A stretch of 64,000 nucleotides of DNA from Bdellovibrionales bacterium (GTDB lineage: Bacteria > Bdellovibrionota > Bdellovibrionia > Bdellovibrionales > UBA1609). A program made the translations under genes and the position numbers. The stretch lies in NCBI GenBank assembly GCA_041391465.1, contig JAWKNX010000018.1, forward strand, positions 563-64,562. Direction: 5' to 3'. The notes under the pieces were generated by a model. That model saw nothing but the letters and a program-made list of their open reading frames with translations, searched no databases and was not told where the DNA came from. Below, in pieces: positions 43,984 through 57,053 of this stretch. Numbering within the stretch: the stretch's first letter is position 1; each line of letters begins with the position of its first letter.

Positions 43984-44841
43984 ATGCGACGCTGGATTCT
44001 GCTTTTAATTGGATGTGTGAGCCTCTGTGGCTGCGCTGGTGCGAGTAAACTTCGATCCACTGGTGATCAACAGCTTTCAAAGGGGATCTTTTACCGTCCC
44101 GTTGAAGGCTCTCGAGAGACGCAAACCTACTTGAGTTATTCTGAAACACGAAAGTATGAGGAAAACGAACTGATTCATAAAAAAATTGAAGAAGTGGCCT
44201 TCGACGTTGAGGCCCTCGTAAAGAAAGTGGATGAAAATTTGGGTCAAGTATTAGTGGAGGTCACAACTAGAAATAAAAGGGGAGATGTGGACCTGCACGC
44301 TTTGGCCTTTCCAGAAAATGACGAGACGTTGAAGTTTGTCTTCGATGAAAAATATAATGTCCTTTTGGCCGATCAGTTCCCGCGAACATCCTTGTTCTAT
44401 ATTCCGCCTGTGTTTTTACCATTGGAAACAGTAGAAGTTGGAGGGACTTGGAGCAACAAAAAGGAGTGGTTGGGCTTGTATAATAATCTTCCTCTGCGGA
44501 TCGACGTCACCAGCATATTGCAAGACATTGTCCACTGTCCCGGGGGAGAAAAGTGCGCGAATATAGAGGTGAGTGGTCGAGTGAATATAACGGGGGAAAT
44601 CACAAATTTTACTCAGTTGGATAGCCTGCTCCACGGTCGCTATTTGCTTGGCGTCGACACAGGTACCATTTATTGGTCGGCCATATCGAGTAAGGAAATA
44701 CTGACTTCTTCGGTGGACCGAGTTGAAATTGACTCCTGCCTCGTCTCCTATTTAAAAAAGCCTGAAGGCCAGTCGCTTGCAGGGGCAAACAAAACATTAA
44801 AATGTGATCATAAACTTGAGCAAGCTCCGAGCTTGCCCTAA
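43984..44841 (+). CDS. Hypothetical lipoprotein
   Basis: LCGC lipobox; intact 285-aa ORF. Confidence 0.75.
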   Translation: MRRWILLLIGCVSLCGCAGASKLRSTGDQQLSKGIFYRPVEGSRETQTYLSYSETRKYEENELIHKKIEEVAFDVEALVKKVDENLGQVLVEVTTRNKRGDVDLHALAFPENDETLKFVFDEKYNVLLADQFPRTSLFYIPPVFLPLETVEVGGTWSNKKEWLGLYNNLPLRIDVTSILQDIVHCPGGEKCANIEVSGRVNITGEITNFTQLDSLLHGRYLLGVDTGTIYWSAISSKEILTSSVDRVEIDSCLVSYLKKPEGQSLAGANKTLKCDHKLEQAPSLP

Positions 44842-47163
44842 TTGATTTCAATCCAAGTCACACCATCGCCTCCGGTGAGCTTAGTGCCAGCTTGCCATTT
44901 TTTTACGTAGACACTTCGAGACAGGTACTGCCGAATGGAGCGCTTTAGCTTATCGGTGCCGTGGCCATGTACAACTTTTACTCGATCCTCATCTTGAATG
45001 GCTGCTGTGTCCAATTGCAACTCGAGTTGCTCGATGGCTTCCTCTACGGAAAGTCCTCGGATATCGACAACACGATCGGAGTCAGCGGGTGTGTAGGAGA
45101 TTCTTTTATTGCTCTGATTTAAAATTCTTTTTGTGTTGTTTTGCCCAGTTCTGGGTGGCTTTAGTGTTTGCCATGGCACCGTCAACCGCATGGATTGAGA
45201 GAGGACTTCGACCTCTCCTCGGCCGTTGGGGTGGCTTTGTACAATACCATCACGGGCTACGGATTCGATGTAGACTTTAGATCCCTTAGGAAAAACTTTG
45301 GCAAAGTCTTCAACAGATTGCGCCGGTTGAGTTCTGTCTGACACATCTTTTGACGTTACGATTTGTGGGAGTTGAGATTTTACCTCTTGCAGTTTTTCGT
45401 GTTTTTTGAACGTATCGATAACTTGTGCTTGTTCGATCATCTCGTCTATTTGCTTGTTGGCTTTTTTTAATTCGGCCTGCAGTCTTGCATCTTTTTCTCG
45501 ATCAAACTGTTGAATGAGCTTTTCATACTTTTCTTTTTTGCTTCTCACTAGATCTTAATTGTTGAGTGAGTTGTTCGCGCATATTGATGAGATTCTCTTT
45601 AAGCGAGTCGACCTCTATAATGCTCTTTTGATGTCGCCTTCGCTCAGGCGACAACAGCTCCAGAGCGAGATGGATCCTTGTTGATCCACTCCTACGTTGA
45701 GCTGTCTGAATAGCGAGGGATTCTCCGGGGACACCCATTAAAAATTGATAGGTGGGCTTACCCGTTGTGGAGTCGTACTCAAGACTGCCATTGATTAGTC
45801 CGCAGTTTGCTCCCAACCCGTCTTCAGCGGCGAGAGATGTGAGGTGATGATGGCAAAACAGTTATTCTCCAAATATTTTAATATAAAAGCTTTGGCGAGG
45901 GCAGACCCTTCTTCTGGGTCCGTCGAGCCACAAATTTCATCCACAAGAATTAATTGTTGGGTCCCCTGCGCAGAGAGTGCAGAGTTTAAAACTTTCAAAT
46001 GTCCAGCGAAGGTACTCAAGTTTTCATCAACACTTTGCATATCGCCAACAGCAATATGAAAATCTTCAATGATGGGGAGCTTGGAGTTTTTTTCAGCACA
46101 AATAAAAAGACCGGTGCTTTGCCATTAAAGCAGCTAATCCAATGGACTTTAATAGAATTGTTTTTCCGCCAGCATTTGGACCGGTTAAAAGTAAAATTCT
46201 ATTTTCTGTGTTCAACTCAATCGTGTTTGCCACAACCTCTTCATTTTGAAGGATGAGGCCGGGATGTTTAACTGCATATAGGTGAATTTCATTCTCTGAA
46301 AAGTCACAAGGGTTGGCCTTAAGAAGTTGCGCAAGATGCGCCTTCGCATACAGTAAATCACAAGTAGAAAGAATCTCTTGAGCAATTACAAAGTCGTCGT
46401 AAAGCGTAAACAAATACTTGCGAGTTCACTGAGTAAGTATTGAATCTCTTGGTCGATTTCGTCTTCAACTTGACGAAGGCGATTGTTTAAGAGGAATCAC
46501 CTCCTGAGGTTCCATAAAGACCGTTTTATTGGACTGAGAGCTACTGTGAATGATTCCTTCAAAATGCCCTTGCATATTGGCTTTAATGGGAATCACTCTG
46601 CGCCCTTCCCGGGTGGTGACAAATTTATCTTGAACTAGCCCTTCCATCTCGTGTTTTTTAACGAGTGAATCCAGTGTATTTGAGATGGATTTATTTAAAC
46701 TGTTCTTTTCGTGATAGAGATTATATAGCTTTTCTGAGGCATCGGACCGAATTGTTCCATCGGAATTAATAATCTGATCGATGGCAGAAAGCGGCTCTTC
46801 AGGGTTCAATAACTCTTGTGATAGAGCCTTGTTGATATTTGTATTGTTGGCTTCGAGTGTCTCTTTTAAAGCTAAGGTCTCAATGCAAAAATGCCTTAAG
46901 TCTCTCAATTCGATGGCCTTGAGTTGCGCGGCTTTTTCAAGGCGATGAGCCCATGTGAAAAACAAGTCAAGGGATTCCATGGAAGGGCGAGGATGGTTCA
47001 TTAACAAAAGTCGAAAATTATCTACTTTTTCAAACTCTTTTTTTATATCTGAGGCAGTGTTAAAACTGCGCAAATCAGCCACTTTGTCTTGTGTCACTTC
47101 AGCAGAGCAGAGCTCAGTTAAATGTTTGAGGATGATTTGCCAATCAATGGCATTCCAGCTCAT
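44838..47163 (-). CDS. mutS2: Endonuclease MutS2 (multiple frameshifts)
   Basis: TIRSDAS, SSQSNKTVFMEP, TGPNAGGKT, STFAGH, DEICGSTDPEEG, Smr domain DIRG...VVHGHGT. Confidence 0.92.
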
Positions 47164-47165
47164 TG

Positions 47166-48707
47166 TTAATCCCTTTTTGACGTTGATCGAGGGATTAGAA
47201 ATAGCACCAACATAAGGCTCAGTGCAACCTCAGGAAGGTACGGGAACTGCTGATAGAGCGTTTCTTTGGGGTTTTCTTCCAGGGGAATGTCGTAATAAAT
47301 CGCCTGTTCAGTAAATAAGCTGCTTTTTTTATAGGATTTTCCTGTTGCATCCATAGCTGAAGTAAATCCAGTATTGGTCGCCCGAATCGTTGGACGCCGA
47401 AATTCCAAGGACCTTGAAAGGGTCATAATCATGTTTTGAAATGGTTCTGAGGTGGGTCCAAACCAAGAGTCATTTGTGACGTTGATAAATACGTTGGCTC
47501 CAGCATCAGAAAGCCCTTTTGAAAAAATCGGAAACAAACTCTCGTAACAAATTTGTGGTCCTAAACTAAACCCATTAACGGGTATTGCTTCGGGGCCATC
47601 ACCCCGTTCAAACGACCCAAGCCCCAGTTTTTCTTCTAGTTTAGGGAAAGACGATATGATAGGAAAATATTCGCCAAAGGCGAGCAAGTGAGTTTTCTAT
47701 ACGGCGGGAGTGAAACACCCTTTGAATCGATGACGAACAGAGAGTTGCTCACGCTGAGTCTTGCGAGGTTTCATAGTACCCTCCTGTTACTAGAAATTAT
47801 CCTAATAACTGTCGGACAAAATTGATCAGGCGCCGTTGATTTTGAAAACCTAGGTATATTCAGTGAGGCGATATGGGAATGCTGTTTCAGGCCATATAAT
47901 TAAATCAAATGGGTTTATTTTGCATGGTTGGCAACAGCTTGCGTGAACGTATGTATCGATCAACGATTTCGCCTCGACAGCACCCCGTTGGGCTTTTTCT
48001 TTTTGCAGATTACCAATGTTACCCTGAATAACTAAGGCGTGAATTCGATTCTGGGATGTTGAGAGATCGGGTTTGATAAACCAACCCATAGCATTTAAGC
48101 CGATAAAAATGGAGACCAATATCAGCACCAGTTTTTTTAGCAATTAATGGGCGCGATTTTCGAACTCCCAAATGTAGCCTCCGGCCGAATACAGAATTGT
48201 TTACTCAATCCATCAACGCCCACCACGCACTCTGCGGTTTGGCGAAGCGGGAGTTGGAGCCACACCCACGTGTAGCCAAAATTCCAGGGGAACAAGGTGA
48301 TATAGAGCTTCTCTCCAATGGCAAACAAGGTGGCACCCACCCGAGTACCAACCCGTGCTGTGGCTTTTTTGCTTCAACTTCGCAGCTAAACAAATGCACA
48401 TATGGGAATGTAATTAATGGCGACGACACAGAAAAAACGGCGTGACTAATAGGGCTATTGGCCAAGGGATGTTCCTTCTTTGCTGACATAAGCGACCCAA
48501 TAAAAACTGAAAGGTGAGTGAACGCTGTAACAAAACCACCAATGACTGATTTTTTTACGGACGTTTCATTTTTAAAAACAAAAATAGAGGAACAAAGGCA
48601 AACAATGCCGCCCATGGAGGAAACGGAATGTAACTGGTGCCGATGAATAAACCAGATAAAAATGGAAGTTTATAATACCTCAAAAAAGCGAGGAGTTTTG
48701 TTTTCAT
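47166..48707 (-). CDS. lnt: Apolipoprotein N-acyltransferase (multiple frameshifts)
   Basis: LFPWNFGY, IQGNI, IIWPETA, LAFGEYFP, ICYESLF, NVTNDSWFG, RATNTG. Confidence 0.9.
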
Positions 48708-48928
48708 AGAGAAACTGTAGCACCATCAGTTACCGTCGCCAAATTGGAATAGCCGCAATAATGAATTCACATTATAACTATTTTAACCTTTGTTTAAATT
48801 AGCGGCACTACGAGCCCATAGGTGATGAAAATAGATTTAATATTTTGAAGTGTCGGGTGATGACATTCGCTCATGGAGTAATTTGGATCATTTTAATGAT
48901 AGAGAAAATCTAGACAACCTTCACCCCA

Positions 48929-49820
48929 TTGAAGGGGGGCTTGCCCAGCAAAAACACGTCAATGTACGTTGTCACAGTTTGCTTAAAGCTCTTCTCTGTA
49001 GATACCCGTGAGATTAAAGAACCGCGCCCGCAATTTCAATGCAATCAGTGTGAAGATCAGTTTTATTTAATGTTTCCTGAGTGTTTGGGGATTGGCGAGG
49101 TCGTTGGGTTTCCCATGCATTTGCAATTACATCCATGGAGACCTCTCCGGATGCGGCGCAGCAAGAGATTGTTATCCTCAAGGAGAACCGGTCCTACCTC
49201 AAGTACAGAAAAAGAACCCGAGGTGCCGAATAACTCAAAAATTGTAAAAAAAGAAAACTCTTCTGTTGATGATAAAGTGTTTGCTCGCAGCCGTTGTTTC
49301 ACTGTCCTCGATGCGAAACTCCAGAAGCGTCGGCGCTAAGAGGTGTTCGAGTTGTGGAGTGGTTTTTGAAAAATTAAATTAATCGAAGAAGCACATCAGC
49401 CCAATCACCCCAGCTTAACCAAAAGTTAAAGTTGACCTGGATGGGGTGATGAACCACTATGAAGATCGGGATGCCCACGATCAATTCGTGCTAAAAAAGT
49501 GCCAATCTGAACAGCAATTGGATTTCGCGGCCTTTACAAATATCGTCGTATTTTAAATGCCCATGGGGGAGACGAGATCGCCAATCGCATGATTAAAAGA
49601 TCGAAAATATCACTTGCTCTGCGGCTTCCTCGGGAGCTATCGCAACATAGAAAAAAACCAAAATCAGCAAAACTCGGTTTCGTTGGACCACTTTGTTGGT
49701 GGCATTAGGTATTGGGCTCATAGGCATGGGCTACGGTATTGAGCAATTGCGTAACCTCATGGGCGTCGGCATGGCCCTTGTGTTTTTGAGTTTGGCTCTA
49801 CGACTTACATTTAAATATGA
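48929..49820 (+). CDS. Zinc-ribbon-containing membrane-anchored hypothetical protein (frameshifted)
   Basis: CxxC pairs (FQCNQC and others) and two C-terminal TM segments. Confidence 0.5.
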
Positions 49821-50329
49821 TTTGAAAATCGAAAATATAACACAGTATTTTTGCTCTGGAAATATTCGTGACTCTATATAGAATAAAGAATTCGTGGTTA
49901 TTTTTAAAAGTAAGCGCTTCAACCCCATACCAAACTAGTATGATGAAATGTCTGAGCAGCTTTTAGAGCTCATTGAAAATGTCGAGGATTTCGAAGAATC
50001 GAACAAGCTATCGATCGAGAGGGTCGAGTGCTTTGACACTCAGCTACTGGGACTCACTTGAATCCATTTCTGAGTGGAAGAAGTGCTGGCATCGCCACCT
50101 CGAAGCTCAAGACTAGGTAAATCGGTTTGGCTATTTAAATTATGCCGTAGAAATCCTGTGAGATTCTGCGTAGCTATTCTAAAAAAAATAATTAACTGAA
50201 TTGTCGACAAATATATGGCTTTTAGAAGACTGAGTTTCATCGTTTGCGTAATGACTCAAATGGCGCAAGTTGATTGAATATGTGGAGAGATAAGTCTTAT
50301 ATTCCAGGGCGGCCTTCGACTTTATCAAT

Positions 50330-51726
50330 AATCGCTCTCTAGAGGGTGTAAGGTCTTTTTTGATGTGATTTAACAGCGCATTTCCAAAACCACTGATGGC
50401 ACCAGGCATTGTCATCGCTAAGGATTCTGCCACCTGTCGGTCCGGGCAAATTGATTGGCCTTCATCTGTGCTGTGTTTTGCGCTATCTTTCGGTCACTCC
50501 CATGCCCTGATCGAGAATGGTCAGTGCTCTGTAGGTGTTAATTTTTCGATGATATCGGATTTTATGGACCAAAGATGGTTCCACATCACTGTGTTTTGGA
50601 ATTATTTGATGATTTGCGGTGCTTTTAAATCAAAATTCGCCTTAATAAGTGCAGCAACACCACTGACGAAGGCCGTGGCCTGCGAAGTCCCAGTCATAAC
50701 ACCGTAGCCGCCTTTTTCGCGAGGCAGGATTGGAGGTAGATGTTGTTCCCTGGGCGTGCGATATCAACAGTCTTGATGCCAAAGTTACTGCTCGATAAAA
50801 TGTTTTGCTGCGATCAATGGCTGTTGTCCACTGAAAACCATTACTATCCAGATCATAATCTGCGGGATAATAACCTTTGACGTCAGAGTTGAGCTCGCTC
50901 TCATTGCCAGCGGCGGCATTTCTAAATATCCCTTTTTCTTGGGCCTTTTTAATATACGTGCCTCTTCTTGTGGGCTTTTCTCTAGTCCACCACCGGAGTA
51001 GTTAATAATATCTGCACCCATCTCAATAGCATATTCAAAGCCGAATGGTATTTTTCAAGTTGTTATTCATGGTCGACTTAGGATCATAATACTTCAAGAT
51101 CATTAGGCTCACTTTTGGCGCTATACCAATGCCGATATTGTTTCCTCCAACGGCGCCAATGATTCCAGCAATATGAGTGCCGTGCCCATGGTTATCGGTG
51201 AGGTCGTTGTGTCTACTACGAGTTCCAACCGTGAAGGTCACCGATAAAACCATTTTTATTATTTCGTTTTTCGTCGGGATTCACCCATAGGTTCGCTTGG
51301 ATATCAGGGTGTCCAATATCAATCCCCGTATCGATAACTGCGACGACGACTAAAAGCCTTTTTCGACCTAGGAGTCACACTCAAGCCTTTTCAGCGTCGG
51401 TAACTGCGAGCCCCAGTTTTTGTTCATATTAGGGTCGTTCATTAAAACCATTTTTTCGGTGGAGAGTGAAGAGCTGCTCATTTCTCCCAACTCCAACTGG
51501 CGATTGGCGTAGTTGCCATCATTGTTTACTTTAATTTCAAAATCATGACATGGGAATCTTTGATGTCAGAATTCGCTGAGGTAGTTGCGGTTTCCTGCGT
51601 ATCAGAGTTTGCATAAGCTTGTAAATGGCTTTGCCGGTTGATGACGACTGAATAAGTGCCAACCCAGCCATCACGATCATCGACATGCCATTGCGCTGAT
51701 TAAACGGTTTGAATTAATTCGCCACT
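50330..51726 (-). CDS. S8 subtilisin-like serine peptidase (heavily frameshifted, ends approximate)
   Basis: VAVIDTGID (Asp), DNHGHGTHIAGIIGA (His), GVMTGTSQATAFVSGVAAL (Ser). Confidence 0.85.
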
Positions 51727-51926
51727 GCCTATCTTACCCACATATAAAAGCAATGCTGGTACCATAGGTGAGATGCTGTAAAGTAGCTGTTGATATTGCA
51801 GGGTAAGAGGGTGTTAGTCCGCGCTTTGACAACTGGTTAGTTCATAGGGAGCTGTCAACTATATGGGGTAAATTGAGGTGTCAATAAACATGAAATTGAA
51901 ATTGAAATAGGGGATAGCAAAATTAT

Positions 51927-54138
51927 TTATTCATCTGACCTACTTTTAACTGAAGCGGTGACCAGTTGGAAAGAGGCGACCCGTTTGGAAGGGTCATTCA
52001 TGACTTGGTAAGAAGCCATATTGCGCATAACCAGCCGAACATAACTACAGTTTTCTTCATAGGGGATGTCTTCGATAAACTCCACAGCGTCTCGATATCG
52101 AGTCGCCATCCATCCTTGTATGGCCCGTTCGCTGGTATAGGCCGCGACAGAAGAATAAATTGGGATTCGTTTCGCTGTAAAAGTTCTCTTAAAAAAGATG
52201 CTCTACGGTGAATGTTCACATCTGGTTTGTACAGATCAGATGCTTTCTCCATAGATATCGGCCAACTTTTTCGACATCATGAAGCCGACTTTGGGAAGTA
52301 ACTGCATTAATCCAAATGCATCGGCGGGACTTCAGTATATTGATTAGAACGTGCAGACTCTTGGCGCATGACCGCATATATGAGTTCCTCAGGCACATTA
52401 TAAGTTTGTTTGTGGCGTGACGAACCTGTTTTTCGAGGACTTTCCGGGAAAAAGTGGCGTTCAGGATAGTGGAATGCAAAAATCTTTTTCTATCCTCGCC
52501 GTTCATTTCACCCCAGTTGACTAAAAAGTTTCAAATACTCACCATTCTTAGCATCAATAGGAGAACAGTTCGAGCCATGACAAATCGTCATGCATCGGCT
52601 TTAATAATTTTTAGCGACCAGGTTGAATAAACCCCCAATTTCATGCTCTCCGGTTGCTGCCACAAGCCACTCCATATAGGCTCTGTTCAAAAATTTATTG
52701 GGCTTTGTTCGGGAAAATCAAGGATGCCAAAGCCTCGCCCGTGATGCAACTGTACGGGTTGATTCATTTCTTTGAGCGCCAATAGGCCGTAATACCCCAT
52801 GGGGTCCTCTTCCAGCCAAACACCTTGCTAGGTTTCATGGAGTCAACTCAGGCGATCAACAGGTTTCCGTAGCTTTTGCCAACCAATATCGATATCGGGC
52901 TTTATTAAAGTCGCTATCGGTTTGGTCTATAGAGCTCTCGGCTCAACGCCTATAGCAGAATACCTTTTTGTCTTTATATATAAGTTCCAGGCCAATAGCC
53001 ACCGCAAATCCTCTTTAAAGTCTTTTGTAATATCGGGTTGGTTTAATGCATGTTCAAACCAACGAATGGCGGTATTAAAATGTCCTTTTTCTTCACGCAT
53101 TCTTCCTCGGAGCCAATAAATTTTAGCCAGAGTAAAACGATTTTTAAGACTTCTCTCGAGTTGAGTGAGAATTTTTTGGGCTTGCTCTAGTTCACCTTTG
53201 GTCCACAGGGCTCTTACATGACGTATTTGCGAATCATGATAGAGGCGAGTGAGCCAAGTGCTTTTTTTGTTTCGCTTCCATTGCGACTCTATGTAACTCA
53301 CATATCGATTCATTGCTTGCAAATAAGAGTCGTCATCTCGCATTAGTTTATAGGTTTTAGCGATCCCGAAAAGCGCTTTTGCTTTAACATCAATATTGTT
53401 GTTTTTAGATTGGAATACCTGGTTATAATAATAAATTGCAGATTCAAATCTTCGACTGTGCCTAAAGTCATTTGCAACTTGTAAATATTGTTTTGGCTCG
53501 GGCTTTGGATTAAATCGAGGAGCCAACTTGTAAAGTCGAGCCGATAACGAGGAGCTCATTTCCTGGTCGTGGAGCAACAGAGCTTTTTCAAGGGCCAATC
53601 GAGTCAATTGGACTTTTTGGTGTGTTGGCAATGCTAGTTTTGATTTGTTATACGCGAATCGCATCACATCGAAGTCATCTTGTCGAATCAGCGCGTTTTT
53701 AAGTTGAATGTTCATTTTAGATTTTTCGAGCCACGGCGATACCACCTCAGACTCTAAATCGGAAAGCCAATGAACTTCACCGGAAAAAGGATCACACGTG
53801 GAATGTGCGTGAAGAAAGCTTAAATCCTTCAGTGGAAACAGGGGGTCTCTTGCCAACATGACCCAATATTTACAAGCTTTTTCCGGTTGGGTCTCATTGT
53901 AGGATTGGGCCATTTTATATTGGGCATACCAAATTCGATTGATATCTGAAGTTGTGGATGGTTTTTGCGTCTGCAACCAACTCTCAACTCTTTGTGTATC
54001 ATTAAAATCAAATGTTTCAGCAAATTGATAGGGGGGGAGTATCTGTTGGTTGGATGGCATGTGATCCACCGTTGGCCAACCGAGCAATAATGTAATGAGA
54101 GCTGATAAACCCCCTAAAAAAACCCACCCCGACATCAT
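51927..54138 (-). CDS. Soluble lytic murein transglycosylase, Slt70-like with TPR-like N-terminus (frameshifted)
   Basis: Helical N-part; fragments read YAVMRQES, AFGLMQLLP and EFIEDIPYEE..YV.LVMRN. Confidence 0.8.
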
Positions 54139-54231
54139 TAAATTTTAGCGCCTTGAACCAGCGGATACAAGGCTTGCCCCCTATATTCTAAACTCGTGAC
54201 AGGGGGCCGTAACTATTTCGACACTATAGGC

Positions 54232-55140
54232 CTAAATTTTTGGCCTAGTAATTGCCCTAGTAATTGTTCTCTCTAGTCGAGCAATACGCTCGTCGAGAGG
54301 GTGGGTACTGAACAGCGCGGCCATAATGCCACCTGTTTTATTGTTGATTTTTAATGTTTGAACAGCTTTGTCCTCGGTGTCCACGTAGTCCAATGTGCTT
54401 TGTAGTCGGCGTAGGCCAGCAATCATTTTATCCCGTCCGGCAAGGCGAGCACTTCCGGCGTCTGCACGAAATTCTCTCCACCTAGAGAACCAGTTAACGA
54501 CAATGGCGCCAAGGAGACCAAAGACAATCTGCAAACCATAGAATATGAAAAACTGGCTGACGGACCCTCCTCGGTTGTCACTGTTGCTCGCAATGAGTCG
54601 AGATACAATGTGCGCAGCAAGAAGCACTAAGGTATTGATCACACCCTGAATCAAAGTCATCGTCACCATATCGCCATTGGCCACGTGGGCGACCTCATGG
54701 GCAATGACCCCTTCCAGTTCGTCGTCATTCATGGCTTGCAAAATTCCGGTGGAGACGGCGACCAGTGAGTTATTTTTGCTGGGTCCAGTGGCAAAGGCAT
54801 TGACCTCAGGGGAGTCGTAAACACCCACTTCAGGCATCGTTTTAATATTTGCTTTTCTGGCATGTTGATGCACTTTTTCAACTACAAAACGCAGGCGGTG
54901 ATCGTTGGTTTTTGGATCAACAATTTGAACGCCATGAAAAGTTTTAGCCATCCATTTAGAGGCAAAGAGCGAAACAAAAGAGCCTGTAAAGCCCAAAAGT
55001 CCACACCAGAGGATTAAGCCTTGATAGCTCGAGACATCAACTCCAAACTGAGCCCCTATAACTGAAAATGCGATACTTATTGTGAGCAAAACCAATATGT
55101 TGACCGCTAGAAAAAAAGTCACTCGCTTTAACATAACCAT
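54232..55140 (-). CDS. htpX: Protease HtpX
   Basis: NAFATG, HEVAHVANGDMVTMTL, SRWREFRADAG, LFSTHP. Confidence 0.96.
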   Translation of the reverse strand: MVMLKRVTFFLAVNILVLLTISIAFSVIGAQFGVDVSSYQGLILWCGLLGFTGSFVSLFASKWMAKTFHGVQIVDPKTNDHRLRFVVEKVHQHARKANIKTMPEVGVYDSPEVNAFATGPSKNNSLVAVSTGILQAMNDDELEGVIAHEVAHVANGDMVTMTLIQGVINTLVLLAAHIVSRLIASNSDNRGGSVSQFFIFYGLQIVFGLLGAIVVNWFSRWREFRADAGSARLAGRDKMIAGLRRLQSTLDYVDTEDKAVQTLKINNKTGGIMAALFSTHPLDERIARLERTITRAITRPKI

Positions 55141-55173
55141 AACAAGACCTCCATCATGTTGGACTTAGGTTCA

Positions 55174-55201
55174 AATTGAGGCTGATCTATCGCCCGTCAA
55201 G
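55174..55201 (-). promoter_or_regulatory. sigma32-type promoter candidate for htpX
   Basis: Minus strand CTTGAC-N14-CCTCAATT. Confidence 0.5.
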
Positions 55202-55276
55202 GCCATACTACGAAAAAATTCTGCTATTTGCCATAAGAGTTGGTGATAATAGTATCAACTTTCAAAGGGGATTGCA

Positions 55277-56856
55277 GTGCGTTGGCCATTTTTCGGAATC
55301 TCATTCATTGTGTTTTCATTTGTGTTTGGAGTGGGTTATTTTTGGACGCCCATTTTATGGACGCTTCTCGTTTTTGTACCGCTATTTTTAATTGGAGTGG
55401 TGGACCTCATCCAAACTAAAAAGACGGTTCGGCGAAACTTCCCAGTCATTGGAAACTTAAGGTACCTGTTTGAAATGATTCGACCAGAGTTACAACAGTA
55501 CTTTGTGGAGTCTGACACCAATGGCGTACCGATTAACCGTGAATATCGATCGGTGGTTTATCAAAGAGCAAAAGGACAGTTGCAAACAAGGGCTTTTGGA
55601 ACAAAAAATGATTTGTATGCCCCTGATGCTGAGTGGGTCAGTCACTCGATGTGCCCGACCACAATTTCATTAGATGATGTGCGCGTAACTATTGGCGGCT
55701 CACAATGTCGTCGACCTTATAATGCGAGTGTTTTTAACATTTCGGCGATGTCTTATGGGTCACTCAGTGCCCCGGCTATTGAAGCGCTAAACCGAGGCGC
55801 TGCAAAGGGGAATTTTTATCACAACACGGGTGAAGGCGGAATTTCTCCCTATCACCTCAATGGGGGAGATCTGTGCTGGCAACTGGGCACGGCCTATTTT
55901 GGCTGTCGAACTCCCGATGGAAAGTTTTGTGCCAAAACTTTCGCTGAAAAAGCGGCTTGGCCACAAGTGAAGATGATAGAAGTAAAGGTTTCCCAGGGCG
56001 CCAAACCCGGAAAAGGGGGGATGCTACCCGGTGAGAAAGTGACCGCTGAAGTGGCGGCCATTAGAGGGGTGCATATTGGAAAGTCGGTGCTTTCGCCTCC
56101 AGGACATTCCGAGTTTTCCACTCCTAAAGGACTGTTGGAGTTTATTGCTAAATTGCGTGAACTCTCAGGTGGTAAACCGGTGGGATTTAAAATTTGTATC
56201 GGACGCAAGTCGGAGTTTCTTGCTGTCTGTAAAGCTATGGTGGAAACAAAAATATATCCGGATTTTATCACTGTCGATGGAGCTGAAGGTGGCACCGGAG
56301 CGGCACCGCTAGAGTTTCTCAATTCGGTCGGCATGCCGCTCAATGATGGTTTAAGTTTTGTTCATGATTGCTTAAGAGGTTATGCACTTCGAGACGAAAT
56401 TAAAATCATTGCTTCGGGCAAAGTCATCACCGCATTTCACATGATTAAAAAAATGTCGTTGGGTGCGGATGTGATAAACCCTGCGCAGAGGAATGATGTT
56501 GGCTTTAGGTGCATTCATGCACCGGTATGCAATACCAACCGCTGTCCAGTTGGAATCACAACTAACGACAAAGAACTGACGAGGGGATTGCATATTCCAA
56601 CTAAAGCAGATCGAGTGGCTAACTTTCACCAAGACACTGTGCATGCTCGCGCAAACGATCGGAGCCATGGGGTTACGTAATACCTCCGAAATTCGGCGAA
56701 AAGATTTATATCGCAGAACTGATCGAGGCACAGTTGAAACATTAGAGGATCTATATCCATGTATGGAGACGGGGCGCCTTTCTAGTGCCTGAGGAGTTAC
56801 AAAAATCTCACTAGAGTGGCAATGATGATTGCGAGTGCATCAGCGGATCATTACTA
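55277..56856 (+). CDS. FMN-binding glutamate synthase family protein (3' frameshifts)
   Basis: NISAMSYGSLS, HNTGEGG, EVKVSQGAKPGKGG, DGAEGGTGAAP, CI..CNTNRCPVGI. Confidence 0.92.
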
Positions 56857-57053
56857 ATCTAATGTGAGACGGATTTAAGTAATCCTGGTGTTGAAATTTC
56901 TTCACTCACCGAGTTCCTTCCAAAAAATGTCATAGGTTTAGAAAGAATTCATGATTCTTCTAAACCGCATACCCCCAGGCCCCTCCTTTCGAATTGATGA
57001 TGGTACAGAGCTTGTAATTGATGGCCGGGAACACATTTTTTAAGGTGAATTAA

